The translations under genes and the position numbers were made by a program. From Lama glama (lineage: Eukaryota), in the NCBI GenBank assembly GCA_028534125.1, contig CM052816.1, positions 53,322,001 through 53,386,000 of the forward strand: DNA of 64,000 nt. The letters run 5' to 3'. Positions 12,810-25,786 of this stretch are shown piece after piece; the first letter of the stretch is position 1, and each line of letters begins with the position of its first letter. The notes under the pieces are model-generated. The model was not told the origin of the DNA, made no database searches, and saw only the letters and a program-made list of their open reading frames with translations.

Positions 12810-12859
12810 TATCAAACATAATTCTTCCTAGAATAATAAATACTGCATTCAGGAGTAAG

Positions 12860-13050
12860 TGGTCGTGGGACAGGCTTACGCAGTCTTGTAAGAGCTGATT
12901 TTGCACATCTCTTCCCAGCTCCATGCTCGGCTACCTCAGCTTGGTAGCCTGAAGTCAGTCATGTGGGAGTATTTACATTACAGAAATGGACAAGCACTGT
13001 AAATCCGAGCTTTTCCCCAGAGAACTGGTTTATACTGTCAGGACCGTGGT
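12860..13050. mobile_element. MER63-like hAT (Blackjack) non-autonomous DNA transposon
   Basis: gagctgattttgcacatctcttcccagctcc...ttggtagcctgaagtcagtcatgtgggagtatttacattacagaaatggacaagcact matches the MER63 body as I recall it. Confidence 0.7.
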
Positions 13051-13155
13051 TACTCCCTTGGTGGGGGAGGCAGAGGAGTGAAATTGGGTTCAGTAATGCT
13101 CTAGCTTTTAAATTCGTAGTTGACAGATGTTTGCCTTATTATTGTGACTTGAACT

Positions 13156-13184
<29 letters not shown>
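13156..13184. repeat. (TG)n microsatellite
   Basis: Read directly from the sequence. Confidence 0.95.
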
Positions 13185-13186
<2 letters not shown>

Positions 13187-13212
13187 ACATAACCACCTAT
13201 ATAGAATACTGA

Positions 13213-13558
13213 TTTCTTTTTAGATTTAAAAAAATGACACGAATGAACTATTTACAAAACAGAAACCATTACAGACTTAAAAAACAAACCTATGGTTACC
13301 AGGAGGGAAAGGGAGAGGTGAAGGGATAAACTGGAAGTTCAAGATTTGCAGTTACTAACTACTACATATAAAATAGATAAACAGCAAGGTCCTGCTGTAT
13401 AGCACAGGGAACTAAGCTGAATATCTTGCAATAGTCTATAATGAAAAAGAACTTGAAAAGGAATATGTATATATATATATATCTGAATTACTATGATACA
13501 CACCAAATTAACACAACATTGTAAACTGACTATACTTCAATTTAATTAATTAATTAAA
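13213..13558 (+). mobile_element. 5'-truncated young L1 3' end (camelid/cetartiodactyl type) with TSD
   Basis: aaatgacacgaatgaactatttacaaaacagaaac...gtatagcacagggaacta...cattgtaaactgactatacttcaa followed by an A/T tail. TSD AGAATACTGA at 13203-13212 and 13559-13568. Confidence 0.9.
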
Positions 13559-13644
13559 AGAATACTGAATTTTTTTTTATTTAAAGAGGGAAAAAATGGA
13601 ATGCAGAATGAAGTTTCTGATCTTTCAAAAAAAGAAAGAAACTT

Positions 13645-14410
13645 TTATCAACTGCTGGTGAGCATGTGAAGATACTGGATCTTTCATCCATCGCTGGTGG
13701 GAATGTAAAATGGTACAGCCTCTCTGGAAAATGGTATGACCATCTCCTACAAAACGAAACATAGTCTTATTATACAACCCAGCAATTGCAGTCCTGGGAA
13801 TTTACCCCAGAGAAATGAAAACTGCTGTCTACATGAAACCTGGACACAATGTCCTGTTTTATTGGCAACAGTTAAAAATTGGGAGTAATCAAAATGTCCT
13901 TCAATAGGTTACTGGTTAAACATACTACTGTGTTTAATTACTGACACATGCAGTCTTGGATGGGCCTCAAAAGCATTATGTTGAATGAGAAAAACCAATC
14001 ATGAAAGGTCACATATTGTATGAATCTATTTATATTATATTCTCAAAACAACAAAATTATGAAGGGGAGGCATACGGTGGTTGTAAGGGGTTAGGGATGG
14101 TGGAGGGAGGAGGGGTAGTGAGTGAGACTAAACCAGGGTAGGAAGAAGAGTGATGGACTATTCAGTGTCCTGATCTTTGTGGTGGTTTCATGAATGCACA
14201 CATGTGATAAAATGGAACAGAACTCTAGATATGCATTGGATCAATGCAATTTTCATGGTTCTGCTACATACTCTATAGTTACCTAAGATGTTACCATTGA
14301 GAGAAACCACATGAGGGGGACATGGAACTTCTCTTATTTTATTGTTGCCATTTCCTGAGAATTTGTAACTAAATTCATAAAACTAAATGAAGGTAAAAGA
14401 AATTTACATT
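13645..14410 (+). mobile_element. L1MC/L1MD 3' end (second copy)
   Basis: gctggtgggaatgtaaaatggtacagcctctctggaaaa...cccagcaattgcagtcctgggaatttaccccagagaaatgaaaac...aagatgttaccattgagagaaac. Confidence 0.85.
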
Positions 14411-15852
14411 TTTCAAAAGGAGAAAGTGAAAAAGTGAAAAGCTGCAGTTAATTGTACACCTTCCTCTACAAACTCAGCTTAAAACCTAACTTCTATGCTG
14501 ATACCTCCTTTGGTTTCCCCCAGATCACCCTTCCAAATAGGCTAAATTCCAAATCAGAGCACCCACAGTTGTTCAGCACCAGCACTGAGCACCCCTCCTC
14601 CCTGTGTAATCTATTTTTTTCTGAGGGCCATCATTCAAGATGCCTTTCATGCATTTCTCCCTGTCTGTCTGCTGTGTTTGTGTAACCTCCCCCTGGCTCC
14701 CTTTGCCGTGATTTATCTTGAGAAGCACCCTCCTAATCTCCCCAGGACAGTCTGTATCAGAAAGGGGAGCAAACCCAAGGTTTCCTCCTTACCCCAGCCT
14801 GCTGGAAGTTTCCTCCTGCCACCCACCTTTAAATCCCTGGCCAAGCTTGCCATCCTACCCCTTGTCACAGACACCAACCACTGGGAAGCTGGTTAAAAAT
14901 ATTTTCTGACAAAAGCAGCCCACTGAGTTGTGTGTATTTCCTCTTCTTTTATCATCACATTCCCATTTTCCCTAGCCAGCTGGTCAATAGTAATTCTTTA
15001 TCTCTTCTCTTCCAGTAAGTAAATTGCAGCCAGGATCAATCACACCCCTGAAGAGGCCAGGAGATTCCAACTTTGATAAACCAGGGGGTGGAGTTAATGG
15101 AGGAAGGACTCACTGATCAGGACTCAAGGCTTACATACAGGGTCACAGACTCTTGGTGGAAGGGGCCTTGCCCTAACACTACACCGGGGATTGCGCCTAG
15201 AACCAGGGCAGTTTCCTCCCCGCATTCTTCCTTTGACCATTTCCGCAGATTCCCGCTGGGGACCGTTGCCCACTGATGAGGTTCCTCCTTCCTGCCTATG
15301 AGTTTTCTTTCTTTTTGTAAATTCATTTTTTTTCTTTACAGGCACAAAGTTAAAGTCAAATTGTATCACAAGACTTGTGAAGGGAAACAGCATTCTTCCA
15401 TCTGCTACTCCAGTCTCATTCCCCAGAGGCAACAATTTTATTGAATGCTTTGGTGGTTTCTCCTATTTGCTATAATTATATTGCTGTTACAGATACATCC
15501 GTTTTAGACACAGCTACATTTTCTGTTGACATTCTAACCAGTGGTAGAATGGGGATTTGACTTTCTTTAATACCATCCCTCCTTTCTCCTCCCCCAATAC
15601 AATATCAAAACTCTAAAACATACAATTGGCATTTAGTTTTTATATTTTTATGTTCTCAGCCAAGCTAAGTAGTGTAAGGTAATTTTATTTCTTCTCTTTT
15701 ACGCCTTTTGTCTTGTCTCTAGTTATTTCTTTTCTTTTTCTTAGCCTTATGTATATTGTCCCTGAATTTTTGTAGACTTCTCCCACAGAATTGTAAATAA
15801 AATTTCTCCTAAAACAATTTTCCACATAGTAAACTGAGGTTATCTAATCAGG

Positions 15853-15898
15853 TTTTTCTTCTTCTTCTCCTTCTTCTTCTTCCTCTTCTTCCTCTTCT
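15853..15898. repeat. (TTC/TCC)n pyrimidine simple repeat
   Basis: Read directly from the sequence. It accounts for the poly-E run in ORF 15844..16050. Confidence 0.85.
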
Positions 15899-15999
15899 AT
15901 CTGGAGGTTACCTTCAGGGAGCCTGAAGGCTACCCTAATGTGGGCTGGTGACTCACCAGACCTGCTGAACAAGCATCGTTCGGGAGCTACTCTTTTACT

Positions 16000-16428
16000 T
16001 CTGTCCGATGTTAGGTCTTGGGCCAGTTGGATTATTTGAGAAGGAGACACTAAGACACAATCAAGAGAACAAGGAAGAGATTTACCGAGGAGTAATCTCT
16101 GCGCAAGGAAAGGAAGGAGCAGGACTGGACAGGAGACCTGTCAGGCCGTGTTGCAGACCAGACAATGACTCGATCAGCCCAATGGGCAGGGGCAGTGCAC
16201 ACAGTGTCTTCTTGAGAGGCCTCACGGTAGTAGAAATGGCTAGGTCCTTTCATCACCCCCTTGCTCAGTTGTTGACCAAGGGCCACCCCAAGAAGACTGT
16301 AACTTAGGCTTGAAAGCTGAAGTATATCCCAAAGGAGCTACCAGCTGGAGGCAACCACAGTCCTTTCAGTTGGGCAACAAGTCATATCCTGAAGGAGGTC
16401 TGAGCAGCGCGTTTCCAGCTGTGCACAG
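16000..16428 (-). mobile_element. ERVL LTR (LTR16-like)
   Basis: gaaggagacactaagac...gatttaccgaggagtaa...gaaatggctaggtcctt...ccttgctcagttgttgacc...ctgaaggaggtctgagcagcgc...tgtgcaca. Confidence 0.6.
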
Positions 16429-16439
16429 ATCTTGCTTTC

Positions 16440-18230
16440 AGAATCCCATAGCTTCCTCTTTCTTGTCTTACTCCCTCATTTTGTTGGAGCACACTCAGTA
16501 GTTCCAAAGAGCAATTAGAATATAAAGCTTTTGAAACCTAGAGTGTCTAAAAATGTCATTTTTCTACCGTCATACTTGATAGTTTGAGTATGGAATCCCC
16601 CATTCCTCTGACTTGTCATTTTGACGTAATTGTAAGGAAACAACTGCTCTATTGTCTCCTAGATTCAGATGTTGCTGTTGATAAACTTGATGCCATTCTG
16701 TTTCCCATTCCTTGTATTTTCACTTTTTCCCCTACTTTTTTCTCTTTGTGGAAACTTTTAGGATCTTTATTCTCAGTGTAATTTCCACTGTAATTTAAAA
16801 TAACATGACTTGGCAAATCTTTTTTATTCATTAGGTTCGGCATACAATGGGTGTGTTCATTCTGGAGAATAATGTCATTATACAGTGAGAATTTTGTTAA
16901 AATTTTCTATTTAACAATTTCTTCACTTAATTTTTTCTGTTCTCTCTTCTTTGAGCATCTACTAGTCAGATATAGAACTTTCTGGACGGATTCTTTTTTT
17001 TTTTTTATCTTTTCTCTCCTATTGCCTCTTGTCTTTTCTTCATAACCTCTCTAAAAGAGATTTTATTTTCTGATCTTTCTGTTGAATTTTTAACTTCAGC
17101 TGTCATGGCTTATATTTTCAAGGGTCTTTTTTATTCTCTGACTGTTCTTTCATAACATCCAGTTCCTGTTTCATAGACACAATATCTCCATTTCTTGGAG
17201 GAAGTTAGAGTTGTCTTGGGGTTTTTGTTTGTTTGTTTGCTTTTAATTCTGCTCTCTGTATTATCTCAACTTCCTCCAGGTTCTTGTTTTTTCCCCCTTT
17301 GCTTTCTTGTATGTTTTGTTCTGTTTTTCAATTTGTAGGTTTTCCTCAGACATCTGGTGATCTTTCCTTGTCTGATCAGATTTAAGAGTGGAATATTCTA
17401 GAGCTATTGAAAGGTGTACAGGTGGGGCTTGTTAAATGGTACGTCCTCTGGGGAGACCCAGTGGCAAGCGGGCCTTTTAATTGGGGGTCCTAAAAGGTTG
17501 GGATCTGTAGAACTTTTCTTTGGAATCTTTAAGTTTCTCTTCAAGAAGAAGACTCTAGTCTGTGTGTTGCATTCTTGGCTGCCAATTTTTCGAAAACCAG
17601 GAAGGAAATGGGCTGAGAGACTCTCCACTTAGCACACAGATTTTTACTCAGCCTCCCTGTTTCCAATAGGGCATCTCCCTCCCATCCTCCTCTAAGATGT
17701 GCTGCGGTCCCAGAATGGGGAACTTCTTGCATTCAAATTTTCCAGAGAATAAATACCTAGTTTCCAAATTAACTATAGGACGGAGGTAGGAGGTTGTTGC
17801 CTGCTGGGTAGGGGAGGGGAAAGATACAGGACTACAAATTATCTTTATGCAACTTTCAACTAGTCCCCTGTTTTCATTTCCATATTTAACTGACACCTTC
17901 CATAACACCTAACACTCCAGTGTCTGAGACTTCCCAGGGTTTCGTAGTGTGAATTGGCTCGCTTCTCACCGCACCACCCTCTTCCAGCACACTCTTACAT
18001 TTCAGCTTTCTCAACTCTGCTGTATCAGTCACTTCTCCTAGGTCTACTCTTCCAAAACTTTCATACCTTTTGGTGGCTGTTTTCTTTTATTTGGAATATA
18101 TATATATATAAATATAAATATATATAAATATATATATATATTTAACATGTCTTTACTAGCACTCTTTTAGACAGAAGAGATACAAATGCATGTATTTAAT
18201 GTACCATGTTTAATTGAAAATCCCTGACAT
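16440..18230 (-). mobile_element. Ancient LINE 5'/ORF1 region (HAL1/L1M-like)
   Basis: T-rich reverse ORF1-like sequence (ttgctgttgataaacttgatgccattctg, ttctggagaat) followed by 5'UTR-like tttccagagaataaatacc...tttcagctttctc. It probably continues to the left of the LTR16-like insertion (about 15330-15840). Confidence 0.55.
18097..18141. repeat. (TA)n AT-rich microsatellite
   Basis: Read directly from the sequence. Confidence 0.9.
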
Positions 18231-18964
18231 GAATTTCCAGTGGGCTTACAGGAAGACCGTAATCTTTTCCCTTTAACTTCATTCTAATTCTTGCAAACAT
18301 CTGGGCATCCTGATAACATATTTAGGGAAAATTGAAGTTCCTGCATCCCATGACTCTCTGATAAATCTGCTTCCTTGATTGTTCTGGATGTCACACAGTG
18401 TTCATCGTGCAGGGTGCATGTCAGTCAAGACTTTGGTTCAGTTATTTTCCCTACTATTTTGGAACGCACTCTGCCATGACTTTCTTTTGTGATTCATATT
18501 CCAAGCTTTTGTATTAAGAGTGGAATAGGAGTGACCATTATGTAATATCCTAAATTCCCAGTAGAAATTCAAATCATAAGTCCTCAGAACTTTAAACTCA
18601 AAGGCTGCCTAGAGAGAGTAAATGTTTTCACTAAAAATAAAAGAACAATCTTTTTGAAAGCACAAAACTGTGTTCTCTACCTCTTCTAAGAGCCATAAAA
18701 TTACTCAGGGTGAAAAAGAAATCAAAGGCTGTCCAATCCAACCACTCATACAGTGATACAGTGCTTCAAGCCCCGCCCCACCCCACACCACCCCGCCATC
18801 ATCCCCGCCATCATCCCCGCCAGTCTGTAAAGGAGGTGGAGACTCTGCTTGAACTCCTCTGGGGATGAAAATGTACTCTTCCTTTAGGCAACCCCTTCAC
18901 CCTTCACAGCTCCAACTGTTCTGATTTTTATTATCTACCCCTTACTGAACTTCAATTATGGGCC

Positions 18965-19140
18965 TAGCCCTCTGCCAAAATCTTTACATTTAACCCTCAC
19001 CACAGCCCTGGAAGTGTTATCATTCCCATTCTGCAATGCAGAAAACTCAAGAGGTTAACTGCCCAAGATCTCACAGCTAGGGAGTAGCAGTGCCAGCAGG
19101 CGTACAATGATCTCTCTGGCTGTAACTCCTCATTCTTTCT
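18965..19140 (-). mobile_element. MIR fragment
   Basis: atcattcccattctgcaatgcagaaaact...gaggttaactgcccaagatctcacagctag. Confidence 0.7.
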
Positions 19141-19799
19141 ACTGGTCCTTCCTTTTGTCAAGCTTATCACACCCCTCCTCTAAACTTTCATCCACCTGAG
19201 CTGTTTCTGTCCCTTGGGAGCATAGAGGGTAAAACCTAACCTCTCTTCCACATGAGCACTCTTCAGCTATTTCAAGATACTTATCTCATGTCCTTTCTAC
19301 TCCAGGCTAAAACTTTCTTTAAAAAAAAAAAAGGAAGAAGAAAAGAAAGGAAGATCAGTATCTGTTTTAAAGGTATTAAGTGTATTTCTCCCTTCGGTTT
19401 CAGTTAAGTTTTTTCCTACTTGTGAGGCTGTGGGACCAAAGGCTCAGCCTTGTGAGAAGGCATACACTGGATCTCTTTGGTGTGTGGGTGGAAGCTGCTG
19501 TCCAGAAAACAGCTATGACTCTGCCCTAAACCCATGGTTGCAAAAGGCCAAGATGGGCCTTTATAAGCTGGGAGATTCTCGTACATCAGCCTCTGAAGTT
19601 GCACAAACCTTAATGAATTCCTTCAAGAGAAGACCCAGAAGAGTTCAGGACAGTAATAATTGCTTAATAAAAGGGTTCCTAAGTAGACTCTGTTGTGTGC
19701 CATAAGGGAACTTCAAATGATAGATTCACATTGAGCAAAGACCCATGTACATCCCACCAGATAGCCTCGTTCCTCAGCTGTAAGTAGATTTGTTTTCTG

Positions 19800-19950
19800 G
19801 TGCTGTTGCCCAAATTGGCCTGATCCTCAGCCCCTGGGGAGCTTATTTAAACGACAGAGTTCTGGACCCCAACCCAGACCTCTTGAATCAGAATCTGCAG
19901 GGGAGGGAACTGCAGTTTTAATAAGCGTTTCCATAGGCTGTTTTGAGGAG
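19800..19950. mobile_element. MER5-family hAT-Charlie element
   Basis: cctggggagcttatttaaacgacagagttctggaccccaacccagacctcttgaatcagaatctgcagg. Confidence 0.7.
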
Positions 19951-20015
19951 TTCATTGCCTGAAATTCCATTCCTTGTCTTTAAAATTTGGAGAAGAAAGA
20001 GAGCTGAATGCAGAT

Positions 20016-20290
20016 TGTGATGGTTAATTTTATGTGCCAACATGGCTGGGTCATGGTGCACAGATATGTAGCCCAACATGATTCTGGATGTTTCTGTGTG
20101 AGTGTTTTTGGATGAGACTGACATTTAAATCCATGGACTTTGAGTAAAACAGAGTTCCCTCCATAATGTAAGTGGGCCTCATCCAATCAGTTGAAGGCCT
20201 AAACAGGACAAAAGGTTGATGTCCCTCGAGCAAGAGTGAGTTCTGCAGCAGGTGGCCTTCAGACTTGAACTACCGCATGGCTCTTTCCTG
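20016..20290 (+). mobile_element. MLT2 (ERVL) LTR, 5' part
   Basis: Canonical start tgtgatggttaattttatgtg...gtgtttttggatgagactgacattt...tgggcctcatccaatcagttgaaggcctaa. The 3' part is missing. Confidence 0.9.
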
Positions 20291-20494
20291 AGGGGAGTGG
20301 ATAGAATATTTGAGAAGAGAAGAAATGAAGAGAGCTGTAGTATTCTTCTGAAGGGACGAGGGGAACTGAAAAGTTACTGCTGCTTTGTGACTGAGCAGAA
20401 GTGCTATAATAACCTTGCTGTGACAACAACCCATGACAAATACTTTTGGAAAGCAGCGGGAGTAGAAGCTGGTGCCTGTTTTTAATGCTGGATT

Positions 20495-21115
20495 TGTTTT
20501 TATGTCAGACTAACTGGGGTATAATTTGCACACAATAAAACTCACCCTTTTTAAGTAGAACATTGGATGAATTTTGATGACTATATAAACTCACGCAACC
20601 ACTGTAAGAATCAAGACACCAAATATTTCCATTACTTCAAAAGTTCCCTTTAGTCAGTTCCCTCAGCCATTCTTAGCTCCTGGCAACCACTGATTTGTTT
20701 TCTGTCAGTATGGTTTTATTTCTAGAATGCTGTGTAAATAGAATCACATGGAATGTAGTTTTCTGTGTCTGGCTTCTTTTACTTAGCTTTTGAGATTTAT
20801 CTAACACTGCTGCCTCTATTGGTAGGCTTCCCTTTCCATTGCTGACTAGTATTCCACTGTATGGATGTACCACAGTTTATCCTTTCACCAGTTAATAGAC
20901 TTTTAGGTTGTTTCCCAATATGGGGCTATTATGAATAATACTGCAGTGAATATTGCTACTCAAGTCTTGGTGCAGACATGTGTTTTCATGCCTCTTGGGA
21001 AAATACCCAGGAGTGGGACAGCTGCATCATAGGCTAAGTGTATGTTTACCTTTATAAGAAATTGACCAACTATTTTTCAATGGCTGCAGTATTTTGTATT
21101 TGCAGCTGCAATGTA
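20495..21115 (-). mobile_element. L1MB/MC 3' end
   Basis: ctcctggcaaccactgatttgttttctgtc...tgtctggcttcttttacttagc...tagtattccactgtatggatgtaccacagttt...aatacccaggagtggga. Confidence 0.85.
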
Positions 21116-21237
21116 GTACTGGATTTTTTTTCTCAAAGACATGATGTAGGCATAATGTACCATGGTTAATTGCAGACCGATCTACAAACACCTTTATTTT
21201 GTGTCATCAGCAGGGACAGAGAATTAGCTTTTTATGA

Positions 21238-21492
21238 AGCAATGCTTAAGAGCCCTGGACCTGGAGTCAGACTGAGCTGCGCCCTTTACTACATTCAACA
21301 ATATTGCCTCTGTAACTCTGGAAAAGTCACTAGATCTCTCTAAGCCTATTTTCCTCATCTGTAATATGGGAAAAGTAATAGTTCCTCTCTACTTAGATTT
21401 GTTGTGAGGATTAAATGTGATAAAATGCATAATGTGCTTAATACAGAACCTGGTACATAATAAGTGATTAATGTAAATTATTCTTATTATTC
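21238..21492 (+). mobile_element. MIR SINE, near full length
   Basis: ctggagtcagactg...ctctctaagcctattttcctcatctgtaatatggg...gttgtgaggattaaatgtgataa...cctggtacataataagtg. Confidence 0.9.
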
Positions 21493-23114
21493 TTTCTCTC
21501 TCTTTGGTTTATGTTTTTCCTATTTTTGGTCTTTTTAAAAAATTTTTTTCTTTTTTTTTTTCTTCTGCTTCGTTTTAAAAAAAATTTCAATATACTCGTT
21601 ATTCTAATTACCTTCTTTGAAATAGTATTTGTTGCAGCAGGGTTTAACTATATGGGAATGTATACTATGGACTTTACTGTTTTAGAGTTTCTTTTGAGTA
21701 ATAACTTAGAACTCAAGAAAACCACAGGAAGCTGAAAAGGTCTTATTATTGAAAGAAGATCTTTGTAGTTATCGAGAATGAAAAACCAGCAAGTCTTTTT
21801 ATGTCCTCTCTAAACTTTCTGACTTCAGTTTTCTAATCCCTAAAAGAGGGGTAATAATTCTTGCCTGCTTCTCTCACGGGTTTGATGTGGAAATCAAAGG
21901 AAAAACTGAACAGTAGAAAGTGTTAAGTGTTATAGAAATACTTGTCACCAGTGAAAGTTCTGGAAGAAAGCTTTCATAAGAGATTATTTAGTTAGCAATA
22001 ATCAGAGAATGGTGTCCTTTAAAAAATGTCCTTTTCCCAGTGTTACATAGGAAAAATAGACAGTGGGGAAAATTGCAACAAAATGCTATTAAGATAAAAC
22101 ATGTAAGAAAACGGTAACAGTAAGTTCAGACTACCACACAGGTCCTAAGCCAGCAGTGTACATGCAATGAAAAAAGAGCACACACCAGCTCCTTTCAGAC
22201 CTACAATGGTCTAACAAGCTGAATTCACCGCGGTCTTTTAGTGACTGCAGGAGAATGCTTTGCCTGTGTATGCATTCAAACATCTGCTTGTGGTTGCTTC
22301 CTTAGATGACACATGAATTTGAACATGCCACTTGAAATCTTTTTGGGGGACCTAATTAATTGCCTAAAAAAAAAAAAAAGCTGTTTACCCAATGGCATTT
22401 TCTACAGTACAGGAAAGTTTTAGTAAAAATATAAAGGAGTTAACTCTTCATTGGAATCATGTGAGGAATAGAATATAAAGTACAAAGTTGCATTTAGGAA
22501 CGGAGAGGTAATGTGTATTCAGAATGGGAAAGAATTAATTGTGCCTCCCATAATTTTATGAGCACTGCTGGGCAGTCGGCCTAAGTGTCTGAGTCACGTC
22601 CTTTTCCTCAGGACCTAGACCTTCAAGGTTTTACCTGTCCTGTGGAGGAAGTCAAATTCCACCCAATCCACTCACCAGGAACAGGAGATAGAGATGGGAA
22701 CCTTTGACACAGCTGCTCCCCAGCCTTGTCTTATCAGATACGGACCCTCAGATGCACATACTCAGCATTTCTTATTTAATAAGTTGCTTTTCTACCATAG
22801 TCAGAGCATTTGCCATAAGCGATTTTTAAAACTCAGAGATAAATCAACTAAGTTGTATTTTTAATTTGCTAATGGATAAATGTATTCATCCATTTTTTTT
22901 CTCCCATATATTTTTAGTGTGGACATTCTGATATTTACTATGTGGTCTGAAATTACTATGTGTGGCCAGACACATAGAAGGTGTGGTTTACTCAGAACTC
23001 AACCTGGAAGTGTCACAATTCAGAAGCATTCATTGAGCGCCCATCTACCTCAAGACAATCATGTTCACAAAGGTGATCATATTTCATTTTCATGATAATT
23101 CTAAGCACTACATT

Positions 23115-23155
23115 AAATATATATATAAAATATATAAATATATATATATATATAA
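23115..23155. repeat. (TA)n AT-rich microsatellite within a reverse MIR remnant
   Basis: Read directly from the sequence. MIR-like gagaaaaccatggcccagaaaggtaaaataac follows it. Confidence 0.8.
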
Positions 23156-24139
23156 TAGTTGAGAAAACCATGGCCCAGAAAGGTAAAATAACTTTCCCGA
23201 CATTTCATAGTTAGTAAGCAGGAGAAACAGAGTCGCAGTTCAGGTCCTGCTATGTGGCTACTGTCAAATAACAGATGTATACCCCAGGGAATTAAGGACA
23301 TTAAAAACTCTAGAAATAACGTACTTTGACCTGTGACCCCAGGGAGAACTGAAGGAATATCTCATTTGTTCTCCAAGAAAATTAACCTCAAAATTGGAAT
23401 GTGCATCTCAAATATCACTAATGATATTTGAGAAAATCTGACATAGGTCTGTAATCCATAAATTTCTTAATATTTCCTAAATTTATTTACAGTTCCAACC
23501 TAGAAGATATAAATTTACAATTTACTTGGGATGAGAAGTACCTTAAGTTTACTGCCGGTTGTGATTTTTAGTATTGCTTTTATATAAACCTAAAATATTT
23601 TTTTCAAACTTCAATGAATAGTCCCCATTTGTAGCATTCTAAATTTCGGGGTACACATTCTTTCCCTATCCATACTTTCAGAATTGTGTAAAATTTGCTT
23701 GTCTCTTCCTCTCTAATTAAGAATACTCAATTTCTGAGTCTGTCTGAATCTATCTTCATAAGCAAGTGTCTTCATTGCTTGAAGTTGACTCTGAACATTT
23801 TGCAGATGAAGGAAAAAATGAAACCTGCCTACCTGGCCTTCTTCACAGGCCTCTTCCTGGTTGGACGTGGTCTCCTTCCCCGTGTCCTGCACGTCTGTAG
23901 GACACCTACTCTCCTCTGTCTTTCCACTCAAGGAACTAATAACCAGCTAGAATTTAGGTCCTTTCTTGCCCTTCAGTATTTCACACCGTTAATAAGCCAA
24001 AATATCTCCTATTTTCTGATGAGTGCTAACATTTTAGATTTAGAAAACTGTTATATTAAAAAAAATTCTGAGCAGAATCAAGCAAAGGATGTGGGAGAGA
24101 GGGAAAATGACCACCTTGTTTGACCACCAGAAGTTCTGT

Positions 24140-24300
24140 GGATCACAAGGGCCGTGGGCCTTGGAAACAACCATAGATTCCTGAGCTCAACCTTAGACCT
24201 AATTAATGAAGCTCTCTAGGGTGGAGTCCAGGAATCTTCAATGTAACTCCCTCTGCCCCCCGGGATACTTCTGATGCAGGTGGTCAGAAACACTGCAGTG
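24140..24300. mobile_element. MER5-family fragment
   Basis: agattcctgagctcaaccttagacct...ctctagggtggagtccaggaatct...ttctgatgcaggtggtc. Confidence 0.6.
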
Positions 24301-25786
24301 GTGTGATGTGATCAAACCATTCTCTTCTAGAAAGAGGCTGTGCAGTGGATCTAAAACTAGGACGATTCATAACCTCCCCCCGTCATCAAAAATTCCACTT
24401 TAAAACTATGAGCCACCTTAGAGGCTTTTATTCTCCTGAATAGTCTAAAGCAAAAAACAGAACAGAACAAAAATATCCACCCATCTAATCAAAGAAATGC
24501 TGCCTGGAACAACAGCAGCAGCTTCTGGCCCATGGTTTGGAGAGAGCGTTTCAGTACTTATCTCTTAAGTAGTAGAGAAAGATGATATGATTAGAGATCT
24601 GTGGGCTCCTTTTTTACGGGCCCTCTGGAAAGCCTTTGGTTTTTGCTGTGATTGGGAAATGTTTAAATGTCCACATGCACCATCAGATAACTTCCAAAAT
24701 GCCTTTCCCCTGGTCTAACTCAACTCACATAACTGTTTGTCTGTGAGAAACCCTCAGGGAAAACATTCAGGCCAAATGATCTCATGCCTGGATTTTGCAA
24801 AACAATATGTGCACAAGACCAGAATTTATATCATCATCGAATCCATGCCATTCCCCCATCCAGCCCCAAGATACTCTTCAACAATGTGGCTTCTTTGCCG
24901 CATCTGAGTCACTTCCTGGGCCTGGATCCAGGACAGCCTGCAGACCCCTGGCCACCACGCAGGCCGCATAAGGAAGCAGTTCTGTACTATTTCTAGGAAT
25001 AGCATCTTCCAAAATTACTTTGCACTTTTCCTACCCATTTTGCTATCCCAGATGTTTTTAAGGGGAGGGGGGCAGTTAGCATGGCTGAAAGTGATGTTTT
25101 CTTTTTCCTCAAAATAATTCCAATTTTCTATTTTGTCCAACTGAGACGAAGATCAAAGGTGTGCCGTGGTGGTAATGCCTGACTATCCTTGGGGATTTTG
25201 GACTAGTCTCTTGGAGTAAATTTCTGGAGCTCTGTTTGCAGCCTTGGAGGATTAGCTGTCTTTGCACCCCTGTTTCAGGGAACTAATGGGGTACTCAAAC
25301 ACTACCTCTTCTAGGGAGATTAGAAGAAGCAGGAAAAGTTGTTCTGGACAGAACCCCAGACCACAGACAATTGGTAGTAATACTTCTTGGTGCTTGATTT
25401 TATGAGACTACATCTTTGTGGTTGAAAAGTTTTGCCATCGTTTTCCCAGCTGTCACCTCTGGAAGGGCACGTGATAGATGTGTTCTATATGTGTACTTTC
25501 TTATTGAGGAGAAGAGTCAGGGTGAGCTACTCTGTGCTCTACCTCTGGAGAGGAGGCTCCAGTTTTCAGACAGGACTACTCAGAAAAGTGCCCTGGTGGC
25601 TGGTCTGGGATCCCCAGAAGGAGGCATGTCCAATCTGGGGACTACAGGGTGAGACCTCTGAGCCCAAACTTCCCCACACATTGCCTGTTCCTTTTGGCTT
25701 TGTTGTAAGTTCTGAAATCTCACCATTAGCAATTCATTTGAGTTGCTAGATCTCCTCTTTATGAGGTCAAGTAAGAATGAGTGGGA

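Noticed and set aside
6530..14410. Apparent local duplication between 6.5-7.4 kb and 13.6-14.4 kb
   Set aside because: The similarity is confined to two independently diverged copies of the same L1MC/MD 3' end, and their flanks are unrelated.
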